Below, piece after piece: positions 1 through 13,230 of a DNA stretch of 64,000 nt (positions are counted from its first letter, which is position 1; each line of letters begins with the position of its first letter). Made by a program: the position numbers and the translations under genes. The stretch spans positions 65,776 through 129,775 of the forward strand of contig JAQULM010000002.1 of the NCBI GenBank assembly GCA_028718605.1, given 5' to 3'. The notes beneath the pieces were generated by a model that was not told where the DNA came from, did not search any database, and saw nothing but the letters and a program-made list of their open reading frames with translations. The stretch comes from Patescibacteria group bacterium. Lineage in GTDB: Bacteria; Patescibacteriota; Patescibacteriia; UBA10025; JAHIVO01.

Positions 1-990
1 CGAAAGAAAAAAGGCCGTGTTATCCTTGCCGTGAATAAAATTGACGGCCCGAGTTTGCGTTCGGCGATCCCGCCAGAAGTATATCGGCTTGGAATCCCAA
101 ATCTGCTCATCATATCAGCGCTTGTTGGCGTCGGTACCGGCGACCTCCTGGACGCGATCGTTGAGCGGCTTCCCCACCGCAGTGCGCCAGACACCGCCGT
201 CGATGGCACGCTTTCGATCATCGGCAGGCCCAATGTTGGAAAGTCGCAGCTCTTGAACGCCCTACTCGGCGAGGAGCGCGTTCTTGTCACTCCTCTTCCC
301 CATACAACACGAGAGTCCCACGATATAATACTAACATACAAAAATAAACGCATCCTCCTCGTCGATACGGCTGGTTTGCGCAAGCACGCTATTCGAGTGG
401 ATGACATCGAACGCGAAAGCATCGCGAGGACGATGCATTCAATCCAGCGGTCAGATGTGTCGCTCATCATCACGGATGTGTCGGAACCATTGACGAGCCA
501 GGACCAGGCGATCGCCCAGATCGCCCTCGCACATAACAACGGCGTTATCCTCGTTGCAAACAAATGGGACCTCATCCAAGATAAAACGCCAGAAAACCAA
601 GCTGCAATCACCACACGGTACTACCGATATTTCCAGTCCATGCGCTGGGCACCGGTCGCCTTCACCTCCGCGCTGAGGCGCAAGGGGATCACGCCACTAT
701 TAAAAACTGCGATCGGCATCATGGAACGCCGCGCAGCGACAATCAGCCAACCGGCGCTCGATGCAGTCGTCCGGCGGATAAAACTGAAAAAAGCGCACCC
801 GCGGAAGGGCACGAAATCAGGAACTGTCCTGCGCCTCGTGCAAACAGGCACCAATCCCCCGGCCTTCTGCCTCATCGCGCGGGACGCAGCGCGGATTCAC
901 GGAGCATTTCTTGACTTGCTGCGGAATACGCTCCGCGATACTTTTAATCTGCAGGGGACGCCGGTAATCGTAACCATCAAAGACCAATAA
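1..990 (+). CDS. der: Ribosome biogenesis GTPase Der/EngA, 5'-truncated by window edge
   Basis: Frame is open from position 1. It contains the end of the first G domain (AVNKID), a second G domain (GRPNVGKS, DTAGLR, NKWD) and a C-terminal KH-like region (TNPP). Confidence 0.92.
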   Translation, partial: RKKKGRVILAVNKIDGPSLRSAIPPEVYRLGIPNLLIISALVGVGTGDLLDAIVERLPHRSAPDTAVDGTLSIIGRPNVGKSQLLNALLGEERVLVTPLPHTTRESHDIILTYKNKRILLVDTAGLRKHAIRVDDIERESIARTMHSIQRSDVSLIITDVSEPLTSQDQAIAQIALAHNNGVILVANKWDLIQDKTPENQAAITTRYYRYFQSMRWAPVAFTSALRRKGITPLLKTAIGIMERRAATISQPALDAVVRRIKLKKAHPRKGTKSGTVLRLVQTGTNPPAFCLIARDAARIHGAFLDLLRNTLRDTFNLQGTPVIVTIKDQ

Positions 991-997
991 TCATCCT

Positions 998-1576
998 ATG
1001 AAAAAACTTATCATCGGCTTGGGAAACCCCGGTAAAAAATATCAAGCAACGCGACATAATTTAGGTTTTATGGCCATCGAGGCATACCTCAACGCATTCC
1101 CAGAGCTCAGGAGATTACGTGCCAACGCACATCTTCACTGCAAGCTTTCTGAAAATCCAGGCCTTATCCTCGCACAACCAACCACGTTCATGAACAATTC
1201 TGCGAGCGCAATCGAATCTATCATTGACTATTATAAACTCGATCGAACCAAACCAGATACTATTCTTGAATTGCACGATGACCTGGATATTCCATTTGGA
1301 CAGATAAAAATCCAAAAGGGACACGGTTCAGCCGGCCACAAGGGGGTCATTTCGACCATGGAAGTCCTCCCCCACGACAGCTTTTGGCGTATGCGGATTG
1401 GCATCGCAGGCGCAACAAAAGATACTACCCCGGGAGATGCGTATGTTCTGTCCACTTTTTCTCGTGAGGAGAATGCAGCGCTCCCTGCCATAATGGCACG
1501 TGCCGTTGAGGCGATGCAGACATTCCTTACCGAGGGCCCTGAAAAAGCAGCACAAATCTATAACCAAAAACCTTAA
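998..1576 (+). CDS. pth: Peptidyl-tRNA hydrolase
   Basis: GLGNPG..Y..TRHNLGF, P.TFMNNS, HDDLDIP and GHKG motifs. Confidence 0.96.
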   Translation: MKKLIIGLGNPGKKYQATRHNLGFMAIEAYLNAFPELRRLRANAHLHCKLSENPGLILAQPTTFMNNSASAIESIIDYYKLDRTKPDTILELHDDLDIPFGQIKIQKGHGSAGHKGVISTMEVLPHDSFWRMRIGIAGATKDTTPGDAYVLSTFSREENAALPAIMARAVEAMQTFLTEGPEKAAQIYNQKP

Positions 1577-1612
1577 AAAGCGTTATACTACATATATTAA
1601 TACCTTCAACAT

Positions 1613-2686
1613 ATGGATACCCAAGGCAAACTAGCACTCGATAATATTCTCAGCACGGCAGCTGAACAAAAAGCATCGGATCTCCACCTGTCCGTGGGCA
1701 GCGCCCCGATTTTACGCATTGACGGCAAGCTCTTCCCCCTCAAAGACGAGCCGATCATCACGAAGGAATTCATGGAAGGATTCGTGACCGCCGTGCTCGA
1801 TATTGAACAGCTCAAGACTCTCGAACAACAGAAAGAGGTCGTGCTGTCCTATCAGTTCCAAAAACGTGCTCGATTTCGAATCAACGTCTTTTACCAGAAA
1901 CGGGTGCTCGGTGCATATCTCCGCCTCATCGGCGACCGAATCCTGCCCCTTCTGCAGCTCGGGCTGCCGCTGTCAATCGAGAATATTGCGCAAATACGGG
2001 AAGGGCTTTTGGTCGTCAGCGGGACATTCGGATCAGGAAAGACGACGACATCGGCATCAATCATCGATTATATAAATAAAAATCGGCAAGCGTACATCCT
2101 CACGATCGAAAAACCGATAGAATATATTTTTAATAATCAGTCGAGTATCATCGAACAGCGTGAAGTCGGGCGCGACACAGTTTCATTCGACCAAGCCCTG
2201 GCCTCAATTATCCAAGAAGATGTTGACGTCCTGTTCGTATCCGAGCTTTCCTCGCCAGATGTCATCAAGCATGTTCTCTCGATCGCTGCTTCGGGCCGGC
2301 TCGTCGTCGTGAATGTCGAAGCGGACACGACGATTCGAACGCTCGAATATATTATTAATGCTTTTTCTGCGAATGAACAGCAGCAAATACGGGACCAGCT
2401 CTCCCAGAACCTCGCAGGTATCATCTGCCAGCGACTCGTGCCGAAGATCGGTGGCGGGCAAGTGGCGGTTGCCGAAATCATGACCGCAACCCCCCCGATA
2501 AAATCTCTGATAAAAGAAGGCTCCCTCTATAAACTCGACACCATCATCCAAACATCCCGCGAGGATGGAATGGTTTCACTCGACTGGTCCTTGGCCGAAC
2601 TGGTAAAAACCAACCAGGTGCTGATCGACGACGCGCTCGAGAATGCGGGCGATCCACAGCAGCTGAAATACATGCTCCGGGCTTAA
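1613..2686 (+). CDS. pilT: PilT/PilU-family type IV pilus ATPase with degenerate catalytic motifs
   Basis: ASDLHLSVG.P, RFRINVF, GSGKTTT, QREVG.DT, QRLVP and AEIM motifs are present; Walker B and His box are altered. Confidence 0.85.
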   Translation: MDTQGKLALDNILSTAAEQKASDLHLSVGSAPILRIDGKLFPLKDEPIITKEFMEGFVTAVLDIEQLKTLEQQKEVVLSYQFQKRARFRINVFYQKRVLGAYLRLIGDRILPLLQLGLPLSIENIAQIREGLLVVSGTFGSGKTTTSASIIDYINKNRQAYILTIEKPIEYIFNNQSSIIEQREVGRDTVSFDQALASIIQEDVDVLFVSELSSPDVIKHVLSIAASGRLVVVNVEADTTIRTLEYIINAFSANEQQQIRDQLSQNLAGIICQRLVPKIGGGQVAVAEIMTATPPIKSLIKEGSLYKLDTIIQTSREDGMVSLDWSLAELVKTNQVLIDDALENAGDPQQLKYMLRA

Positions 2687-2715
2687 ATTATCCCATATAC
2701 AACTGTACCCATACT

Positions 2716-3768
2716 ATGCCTTTTTTCAAAAATAAACTCACCTCAGTGCTCGGTGTCGATCTCGGCACGAGTTCAGTTAAACTCGTGGATCTCAGGGGCA
2801 CAGCTGGTAAAGCGTCACTCGCAACGTACGGGATCGCTGAGCTGTCCCGCGGCGGTGGCACACTCACGCCGTATGAAAAACCGGAGGAAATCGCTGAGGT
2901 GATACAAGATCTGATTTCCCAAGCGCACGCTTCGGCAACGGCTACTGTCGGTGCGCTATCCTCACTGAGCGTTTTTACGACAGTGCTGAGCCTGCCAGCC
3001 ATGCCGGAACGTGAAATTGCCCAGGCAATCCAATGGGAAGCGCGGAAGCTGCTCCCCCTACCACTGGAAAAGATGAAGCTTGATTGGCACATTCTAAAAC
3101 CGGAAAACAGCGAGGCGAAAAAACAACAAACGATGGATATCATTTTAACTGCCGCGCCGACCGACGTCATCGAACGGTATCTCCTGATTTTCAAAATAGC
3201 AGGCCTCAGTCTCGTCGGCCTCGAAACGGAAGCTGCTGCGATAGGCCGGTCGCTGCTCCCGCCGCACGGCGGCAATGTCCTCGTCATCGACACTGGTGCC
3301 ACGACAACAAATTTAATCGTTTTTTCGGATAATACGCCGGTCGTGGTACGTCATAGCGATATCGGGGGATCAACAATTAACCATAACATTGCAAACGCCC
3401 TGAACGTCACGATTGAACGCGCGCAGCAGTTTAAGCACACCCTTGGCATCCAGATGAGCGGCGAATACACCCACCCGGCGGCGCGAGCGATAAAATTCGT
3501 CATCGACAACATGATTATCCAGGAAGTTCGGCGGGTAGCCGGCGCATTCAATGATATGGGCCGCGGAGTGATTGATTCCATCATTTTAACCGGCGGCGGA
3601 TCATTATTGAAAAATTTTCCGATATACCTCCAGGAAATTCTGAAAATCCCAGTTACGATCGGAAATCCGTGGAATAAAGTATCATGCCCACCAGGGCTCG
3701 CCCAGGAGCTTGAGTACAACAAAGAAGCAATGGCAATCGCGATCGGACTCGGCCTGAAACTATTTTAA
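2716..3768 (+). CDS. pilM: Type IV pilus assembly protein PilM
   Basis: GVDLGTSSVKLV, IDTGATTT, GG and ILTGGGS actin-like motifs; AIGLGL C-terminus. Confidence 0.92.
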   Translation: MPFFKNKLTSVLGVDLGTSSVKLVDLRGTAGKASLATYGIAELSRGGGTLTPYEKPEEIAEVIQDLISQAHASATATVGALSSLSVFTTVLSLPAMPEREIAQAIQWEARKLLPLPLEKMKLDWHILKPENSEAKKQQTMDIILTAAPTDVIERYLLIFKIAGLSLVGLETEAAAIGRSLLPPHGGNVLVIDTGATTTNLIVFSDNTPVVVRHSDIGGSTINHNIANALNVTIERAQQFKHTLGIQMSGEYTHPAARAIKFVIDNMIIQEVRRVAGAFNDMGRGVIDSIILTGGGSLLKNFPIYLQEILKIPVTIGNPWNKVSCPPGLAQELEYNKEAMAIAIGLGLKLF

Positions 3769-3799
3769 TGCTCTCCCGGAACCGCTCGTTAAAGCAGAT

Positions 3800-3996
3800 G
3801 AACAACGCCGGAAAACAAAAAAACACCGAGATTGCTGCCTCCAAGCGTAAGATTCCACAGAATAAACCGTAAAACCTTAACTTGAGGTTATTAGCAAGGC
3901 TAGGAGGGGTTGCCTCACGTTCACCGCTTGGTAGGCAGAAAACTTAGTGTTTTCCTGCTTGTTCGCCACTTGTCGTTTCAAAAAAACTAGTGTAAT
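3800..3996 (-). ncRNA. Long irregular hairpin RNA, candidate 6S RNA
   Basis: Nested complementary blocks 3800-3816/3949-3964, 3821-3830/3943-3952 and 3835-3847/3925-3938; own promoter at 4002-4030; no ORF. Confidence 0.45.
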
Positions 3997-4001
3997 ATTA
4001 G

Positions 4002-4030
4002 ATACTAGCAGACCAGCCGTATTGTGTCAA
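4002..4030 (-). promoter_or_regulatory. Sigma70-type promoter for the candidate ncRNA
   Basis: TTGACA-17-TAGTAT on the minus strand. Confidence 0.55.
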
Positions 4031-4190
4031 GGTCTCGCCTCTACGCAGGGACGGAAGGGCGATCTTTTCGATCATTCCCCGCATCGATCGGCCGGCCACC
4101 ATGCGGAGCCCTCCATAAATACGGGTTATTATCACATAGCACTGCAAACACGTGACAGCACGAAGTTCTGGCGAAGGAACGGTACCAGAA

Positions 4191-7310
<3,120 letters not shown>

Positions 7311-7378
7311 AAAGGCGCCGCGCGTAAAGGGAGGGGGGTATACGCGGGCGCCCCTGAGGGCAACGTGTAACACGTGCC

Positions 7379-7564
7379 CTACGTTTTGATTGCAATCCCA
7401 TGGTGGCTGCGCGCAAACCGCGCACTTGGGTGGTTGATCGAGCAATACCACGCGATCAGAAAGAGCGACAGGCTGAATGGCAGCGCGGCAAGCATAAGGC
7501 ACAATCCAAGCAACCCCCCAACCACCACAAAAATACCCAAACCGATAAGAACAATGTATCGCAT
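7379..7564 (-). CDS. Small hydrophobic membrane protein
   Basis: AAGGAG RBS upstream, two hydrophobic segments, hairpin/U-tract downstream near 7305-7352. Confidence 0.5.
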   Translation of the reverse strand: MRYIVLIGLGIFVVVGGLLGLCLMLAALPFSLSLFLIAWYCSINHPSARFARSHHGIAIKT

Positions 7565-7706
7565 CAAATCTCCTTGCTGGTACCGATTTTCAATACATAA
7601 ATCCTAGCGCACTACCCGGGTTATCGTCAATATCGTTTGTCTACCCTCCGCCGCTATGGTATACTTCTGGATGAAAACCTTCCCCGTTCGGAAGGCTTTT
7701 ATTAGT

Positions 7707-8819
7707 ATGGAAAAACAAGAAAATAAAGACACCGATACGCCGTACTGGGTCGCATTCTCGCGCATCAGCGGGATCGGCGCGAAGAAAACCATTATGCTCG
7801 CGAGTTACTTTGGTTCGCTCCAGCGCGCATGGCACGCGGAAGCTCGCGAATTGCGCAAAGCTGGGCTCGGTGAAAACGGAGCATACGCCCTGGCACAGCA
7901 ACGGTTGGACATTGACCCATGTGGCGTTGCTGACGAGCTTACACAGATGGGCATCCAATGTTGTACATTCCACCATCCGGCATATCCACCGCAACTGAAG
8001 GAAATCTATTCCCCGCCCGCTGTACTGTATGTGAAAGGCTCCCTCCCCGAACGATCGTGCGTTTTGCTTGCCGTCGTCGGAACGCGCAAAACAAGCACCT
8101 ACGGCAGATCAATCACCCCGCGTATCGTCTACGATCTTGCCTCAAGCGGCATGACCATCGTATCTGGGCTTGCGCTCGGCATCGATGCGCTCGCGCACCA
8201 ATCCGCGATCGATGCCGGCGGTCGCACGCTCGCCGTTCTCGGCTGTGGCCTCGACGCAATGTACCCCCGATCAAACGCCGCGCTCGCCGAAAAAATTATT
8301 GAAACTGGCGGCGCGCTTCTGTCTGAATACCCGCCCGGCACGCTCCCACTGAAGCAAAATTTTCCGGCCCGCAACAGGATCATTTCCGGGCTGTCACGCG
8401 GCGTCCTGGTGATTGAAGGGGGCGACGATTCCGGCTCCCTCATCACCGCCCAGTTCGCCCTTGACCAGAACCGGGACGTCTTTGCGGTGCCCGGCAATGT
8501 ATCGAATGAAACGTCCCGCGGCCCCAATAAACTGATTAAAATGGGGGCTACCGTCGTAACGTGCGCAGATGACGTTATCCAAGCGTTTGAGATAAGCCTC
8601 CCGCCCACGGCAGGTATGCCGAAAAAGGCGTTTGAGCCCGCGAACGACGTTGAAGCGGCAATCGTGAAGCATCTGTCCGCTGACCCGGTCCATATTGACG
8701 AAATTATTGAGGCGTGTAAACTAGAAACCAGTATCGTAAATGCTACCCTCGCAATTCTTGAGATGAAGGGCGTGGTACGCCACGCGGGGAGCATGCACTA
8801 CGCGCTCACTCACACATAA
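7707..8819 (+). CDS. dprA: DNA-protecting protein DprA
   Basis: YP..L.EI..PP.VLY..G, AVVGTR, VSGLALGID, FPARNRIISG, GSLITA motifs and C-terminal wHTH. Confidence 0.96.
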   Translation: MEKQENKDTDTPYWVAFSRISGIGAKKTIMLASYFGSLQRAWHAEARELRKAGLGENGAYALAQQRLDIDPCGVADELTQMGIQCCTFHHPAYPPQLKEIYSPPAVLYVKGSLPERSCVLLAVVGTRKTSTYGRSITPRIVYDLASSGMTIVSGLALGIDALAHQSAIDAGGRTLAVLGCGLDAMYPRSNAALAEKIIETGGALLSEYPPGTLPLKQNFPARNRIISGLSRGVLVIEGGDDSGSLITAQFALDQNRDVFAVPGNVSNETSRGPNKLIKMGATVVTCADDVIQAFEISLPPTAGMPKKAFEPANDVEAAIVKHLSADPVHIDEIIEACKLETSIVNATLAILEMKGVVRHAGSMHYALTHT

Positions 8820-8832
8820 ACCAAACACCGCC

Positions 8833-11109
8833 ATGCCGCGAAAGCGCAAGGACCTCATCATCGTGGAATCGCCGACAAAGGCAAAAACGATTTCCCGCTT
8901 CCTGGGAAATGATTTTGTAATTGAATCATCCTACGGCCACATCCGTGACCTCCCCCGATCAAAAATGGGAGTCGATATCGAGCATGATTTCACCCCCCAG
9001 TATGTTATTCCCCGGAAAAACCAGAAGCTCGTAACGAAGCTGCGGAAGCTGGCTGCAACATCTCCTACCATCTACTTCGCAACTGACGAAGACCGCGAGG
9101 GCGAAGCGATCGCATGGCATTTGCTGGAAGCATTCCAAAAAAATGGAAAAAAGGAAATCGCCAACCCTGAAGAGCTTACAAGCAAATCAAAACGCATCGT
9201 GTTCCACGAAATCACCGAGGAAGCAGTTAAAGAAGCACTTCAAAATCCCCGGCAGATTAATCTCAGCCTCGTCGACGCCCAGCAAGCGCGTAGGGTACTC
9301 GACCGCCTCGTGGGGTACGAACTATCCCCCTTCCTCTGGAAAAAAGTTGCCAAAGGCTTGTCAGCGGGACGCGTACAGTCGGTTGCCCTGCGCCTGATCG
9401 TCGAACGCGAACGCGAAATTCAGGCTTTTAAGCCGGCCGAATACTGGACGATCGAGGCGACGTTCCGGAAACAGAGCAGTGCCCATGAAACATTCAGCGC
9501 CCGACTTGTAAAAATTGACGGGAAAACGATCGATAAGCTCGGCATTCCGAACGCTGACAGTGCCACTACAATCGTCACAACGCTGAAAGCAGCAAAATTC
9601 CATATCGCCGACATCAAAGAAAAGGAAGCGAAAAAGTACCCGGCACCGCCATTTACGACCTCAGCGCTCCAGCAGGAAGCGAACCGCAAACTCGGTTTTT
9701 CGGCGCGCCAAACGATGTTCATCGCGCAGCAGCTGTACGAAGGCATTGACCTCGGCAACCGTGGCGCGGAAGGCTTGATAACGTACATGCGCACCGACTC
9801 GGTCAACCTGGCTGATAAATTCCTGCGCGAATCCCACGATTTCATTTCCAAAACATTCGGAAAACAATACGCACTCGAAACACCGCGGCGGTTTAAGGCC
9901 AAATCAAAACTCGCCCAGGAAGCCCATGAGGCAATCAGGCCAACGGAAGTCACGTATACACCGGAAAGTATCAAGCAATACCTCGACCCGCGGCAGTACA
10001 AGCTGTACGACCTCGTATGGCGCCGCGCAGTCGCCTGCCAGATGCCGGATGCAGTCCTGAAAGGCACGACAGTCGACATCAACGATTCGAACAATGCGTA
10101 TACGTTCCGCGCGACCGGTTCGACCGTGACGTTTGACGGCTTTATGAAAGTTTACAACAGCGCCCACGATATCCTGCTGCCCGCGCTCGCATCCGGGGAG
10201 CCGCTGGATGCGGCTTCCATCGACCCGGCACAGCATTTCACGGAGCCGCCTGCCCGGTATTCCGAAGCGGGCCTCGTCCACGCACTGGAAGAACGTGGCA
10301 TCGGCCGGCCGTCAACATACGCACCGACCATTGCGACGATTATCGGCCGCGGATATGTGGATCGCGAGCAAAAACGCCTGTCCCCGACGGAAATAGGGAC
10401 GCTCGTAAACGATGTCCTTGTCGAACACTTCCCCGTCGTGCTTGATTATACCTTCACTGCTCATATGGAGGATGACCTCGATGAGGTCGCAAACGGTGCC
10501 AAACAGTGGGTGCCGGTTATTAAAGAGTTTTATACGCCTTTCAAGGAAAACCTTATGAATAAAATGGAAGCGGTCAGCAAGAAAGAGCTGACCGAAACAG
10601 CGACGGACCAGACGTGCGAAAAATGCGGCAAACCGATGGTCATCAAGATCGGACGCTTCGGCAAGTTCCTCGCGTGTACCGGCTACCCGGAATGCAAGAA
10701 TACAAAACCCCTCGACCGCAACGGCGAGATCGTGGAGCATACGATCGAAGAATCAAAACAGACGTGCGAAAAATGCGGCAAACCGATGGTGGTGAAGCAC
10801 GGGCGCTTCGGGCCGTTCCTCGCGTGTTCAGGATATCCCGATTGCAAGAATATTAAAAACATCGAGCAGAAAACCGGCGTCACCTGCCCCCAGTGCGGCA
10901 AGGGCGATATCGTCGCGAAGCGTTCAAAGCGCGGCCGGACGTTCTACTCGTGCAACAAATACCCGGACTGCAAATTTGCCCTCTGGTCAAAGCCGACCGG
11001 CGAGAAGTGCCCGCAATGCGGATCGCTCCTCGTATACGCTGCCGGCGGCAAAGTGCGGTGCTCCAGCAAGGAATGTAAGTTCGAAAAAACAGCCGAAGCG
11101 GCAGAATAA
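8833..11109 (+). CDS. topA: DNA topoisomerase I
   Basis: IVESPTKAKTI, ATDEDREGE, SAGRVQS, ITYMRTDS, GIGRPSTY and C-terminal zinc ribbons. Confidence 0.97.
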   Translation: MPRKRKDLIIVESPTKAKTISRFLGNDFVIESSYGHIRDLPRSKMGVDIEHDFTPQYVIPRKNQKLVTKLRKLAATSPTIYFATDEDREGEAIAWHLLEAFQKNGKKEIANPEELTSKSKRIVFHEITEEAVKEALQNPRQINLSLVDAQQARRVLDRLVGYELSPFLWKKVAKGLSAGRVQSVALRLIVEREREIQAFKPAEYWTIEATFRKQSSAHETFSARLVKIDGKTIDKLGIPNADSATTIVTTLKAAKFHIADIKEKEAKKYPAPPFTTSALQQEANRKLGFSARQTMFIAQQLYEGIDLGNRGAEGLITYMRTDSVNLADKFLRESHDFISKTFGKQYALETPRRFKAKSKLAQEAHEAIRPTEVTYTPESIKQYLDPRQYKLYDLVWRRAVACQMPDAVLKGTTVDINDSNNAYTFRATGSTVTFDGFMKVYNSAHDILLPALASGEPLDAASIDPAQHFTEPPARYSEAGLVHALEERGIGRPSTYAPTIATIIGRGYVDREQKRLSPTEIGTLVNDVLVEHFPVVLDYTFTAHMEDDLDEVANGAKQWVPVIKEFYTPFKENLMNKMEAVSKKELTETATDQTCEKCGKPMVIKIGRFGKFLACTGYPECKNTKPLDRNGEIVEHTIEESKQTCEKCGKPMVVKHGRFGPFLACSGYPDCKNIKNIEQKTGVTCPQCGKGDIVAKRSKRGRTFYSCNKYPDCKFALWSKPTGEKCPQCGSLLVYAAGGKVRCSSKECKFEKTAEAAE

Positions 11110-11283
11110 ATTCCAAACAATACAACTCCAAACGCGGGCCGCCGTGCCCGCGTTTGATTTTTAAAAAAGACTCCGGGCGGGGGTAAGATACCCACCCGGA
11201 GCTTTTGGCAATGTGGCGTAGCGCTCTGAAGAGCACTACAGCCAACATTCAAGAATCACTTCGCCAAAGACCGACCAGCTTGG

Positions 11284-11835
11284 TCAGGCCGACGCGTGAT
11301 TCAAACCGCCGTTCTTGATCGCCGTATTCTTCTCGACAAATACTACCTGCGCCGACTGCTCGGCGCCACCGACAATTTCCGCCTCGGTAACCCTGCTCTC
11401 TCTTTGCATCGCGGGCTTCGCCATAGTCGTCACCACGCCCATACTCCATACGTCGGTGGAACTGGGCGGCGAATTGGTCAGCTGCCGGAAATTGGTGTTG
11501 GTGTAGTTCTTGGTTACCATCATGTTGGCGTCACTGCTTCCCGTCGTGTTGGAAGTGTACGCCATCGTCGAATCGATCGTCATCGCCGGGCCGGTCTCGA
11601 AGTTGGCCGGCGGTGAACTTGAAACCATCGTCGAATCGGAGAAAACACTCGCTACCTGCACATTGATCTCCGCCGGCGGCGAGTTCTGGTCGGTCTGGCT
11701 CATCAGGTTCGTCAACGTCTCGCTACATCCGGGCGAAATGTTGGCGTTGAACGGGTTCGGGTAAGCGGAAACGCTCTCGCCGAACACCATCACCATTACC
11801 ATGACTGCCAGAAGCAATAAGAGCCTCTTAAACAT
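11284..11835 (-). CDS. Hypothetical secreted Ser/Thr/Asn-rich protein
   Basis: AAGGAG RBS, signal-peptide-like N-terminus, repeated NSPP/SSPP. Confidence 0.7.
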   Translation of the reverse strand: MFKRLLLLLAVMVMVMVFGESVSAYPNPFNANISPGCSETLTNLMSQTDQNSPPAEINVQVASVFSDSTMVSSSPPANFETGPAMTIDSTMAYTSNTTGSSDANMMVTKNYTNTNFRQLTNSPPSSTDVWSMGVVTTMAKPAMQRESRVTEAEIVGGAEQSAQVVFVEKNTAIKNGGLNHASA

Positions 11836-12257
11836 AACGCTCTCCTTCTAGTTGAGTTTTGGCAGTGTATACAACCACCGAACTTCTACTTTGCCACATT
11901 CTATATGGCGGTTTCTGGCACCTCCTCCTCAGGGTACCAGGGGCATTTATGTATTGAAGAATGTAGCGTCCCGACATCCATGAATGGGACAGCAGAGTTT
12001 ATCGGCTTTTTGTCAAATAACGAATCGAAAAACGAAAAAAGAGCTACGAAAATCGCTCATTTGCCTGTCAATTTATTCAATACTAACAATGCACGTTTCT
12101 CTTGTCAAGCACAAAAGTTTCATACAGAGAGGGTTTTTCCTCTATCGATTCTTCGATAAGCAGAACTAAAACTAACAGACGCACAATAAAAAAGTTGTCA
12201 GTTTTTGACGAATCCACTATACTTGGGACTATGTGTTTATAACGTAACGAGGATACT

Positions 12258-13211
12258 ATGCCAAAAATACTCATTACTGGCGCGTGCGGCCAGATCGGCT
12301 CCGAAATGACCCTGGCACTCCGCGAGCGATACGGAAAGGACAACGTGCTTGCGACGGATATCAGGGAGCCGGAAGACGAAAACTTGCGCGCGAGCGGGGC
12401 ATTCGAATACCTGAATGTGCTGGAAGAGCAGCATATCGCCCGCCTCGTCCAAAAATATAAAATTGATACCATTTACCATCTCGTCGGCATTCTCTCTGCG
12501 GCGGGCGAGAAGAACCCCGATAACGCCTGGATGGTAAACGTCAACAGCCTGAAAAACGTACTCGATCTGGCAAAAAACCTCGGCTTACGTCAGGTATTTT
12601 GGCCAAGCTCCATCGCTGCGTTCGGTCCCGGTTCTCCCCGTGAAAACACGCCCCAGGCTACCATCATGGACCCGAATACGATCTACGGCATCACCAAATG
12701 GACTGGAGAACTCTTATGCAACTATTATTACAATAAATACCGCCTGGATGTACGAAGCTTACGGTACCCAGGCCTGATCAGTTACGTTACCCCGCCAGGC
12801 GGAGGGACGACGGACTATGCGATAGATATTTTCTACCAGGCGATCAAGACAAAGCAGTATATCTGCTTCCTGCGCGAAGATACCATGCTGCCTATGATGT
12901 ACATGGATGACGCTATCGGAGGAACGGTCAAGCTCATGGAAGCGCCGGCACATGCCATTCGCACGCGGCTCGCGTATAACTTTACGGCTATCAGTTTCAC
13001 GCCAAAACAGATCGCGGACGAAATAAAAAAACACATCCCTGGCTTCGTCTGCACGTATGCACCGGACCGCCGGCAGACGATCGCCGATACATGGCCCCGC
13101 TCTGTCGACGATTCAGTCGCGCAACGCGACTGGGGTTGGAAGCCACAATATACCCTGAGTGCGATGGTTGAGGATATGCTCAAGCACCTCAAGAAGAAGC
13201 TGAAAACCTAG
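12258..13211 (+). CDS. NAD-dependent epimerase/dehydratase family, L-threonine 3-dehydrogenase-like SDR
   Basis: ITGACGQIG, PSSIAAFG, YGITK, PGGGTTDYA, LPMMYMDDA. Confidence 0.88.
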   Translation: MPKILITGACGQIGSEMTLALRERYGKDNVLATDIREPEDENLRASGAFEYLNVLEEQHIARLVQKYKIDTIYHLVGILSAAGEKNPDNAWMVNVNSLKNVLDLAKNLGLRQVFWPSSIAAFGPGSPRENTPQATIMDPNTIYGITKWTGELLCNYYYNKYRLDVRSLRYPGLISYVTPPGGGTTDYAIDIFYQAIKTKQYICFLREDTMLPMMYMDDAIGGTVKLMEAPAHAIRTRLAYNFTAISFTPKQIADEIKKHIPGFVCTYAPDRRQTIADTWPRSVDDSVAQRDWGWKPQYTLSAMVEDMLKHLKKKLKT

Positions 13212-13230
13212 CGTAAACAGGACAAAACCG

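Noticed and set aside
10609-10790. 32-bp exact direct repeat (10609-10640 and 10759-10790)
   Set aside because: Encodes tandem zinc-ribbon repeats of TopA; ordinary internal duplication.
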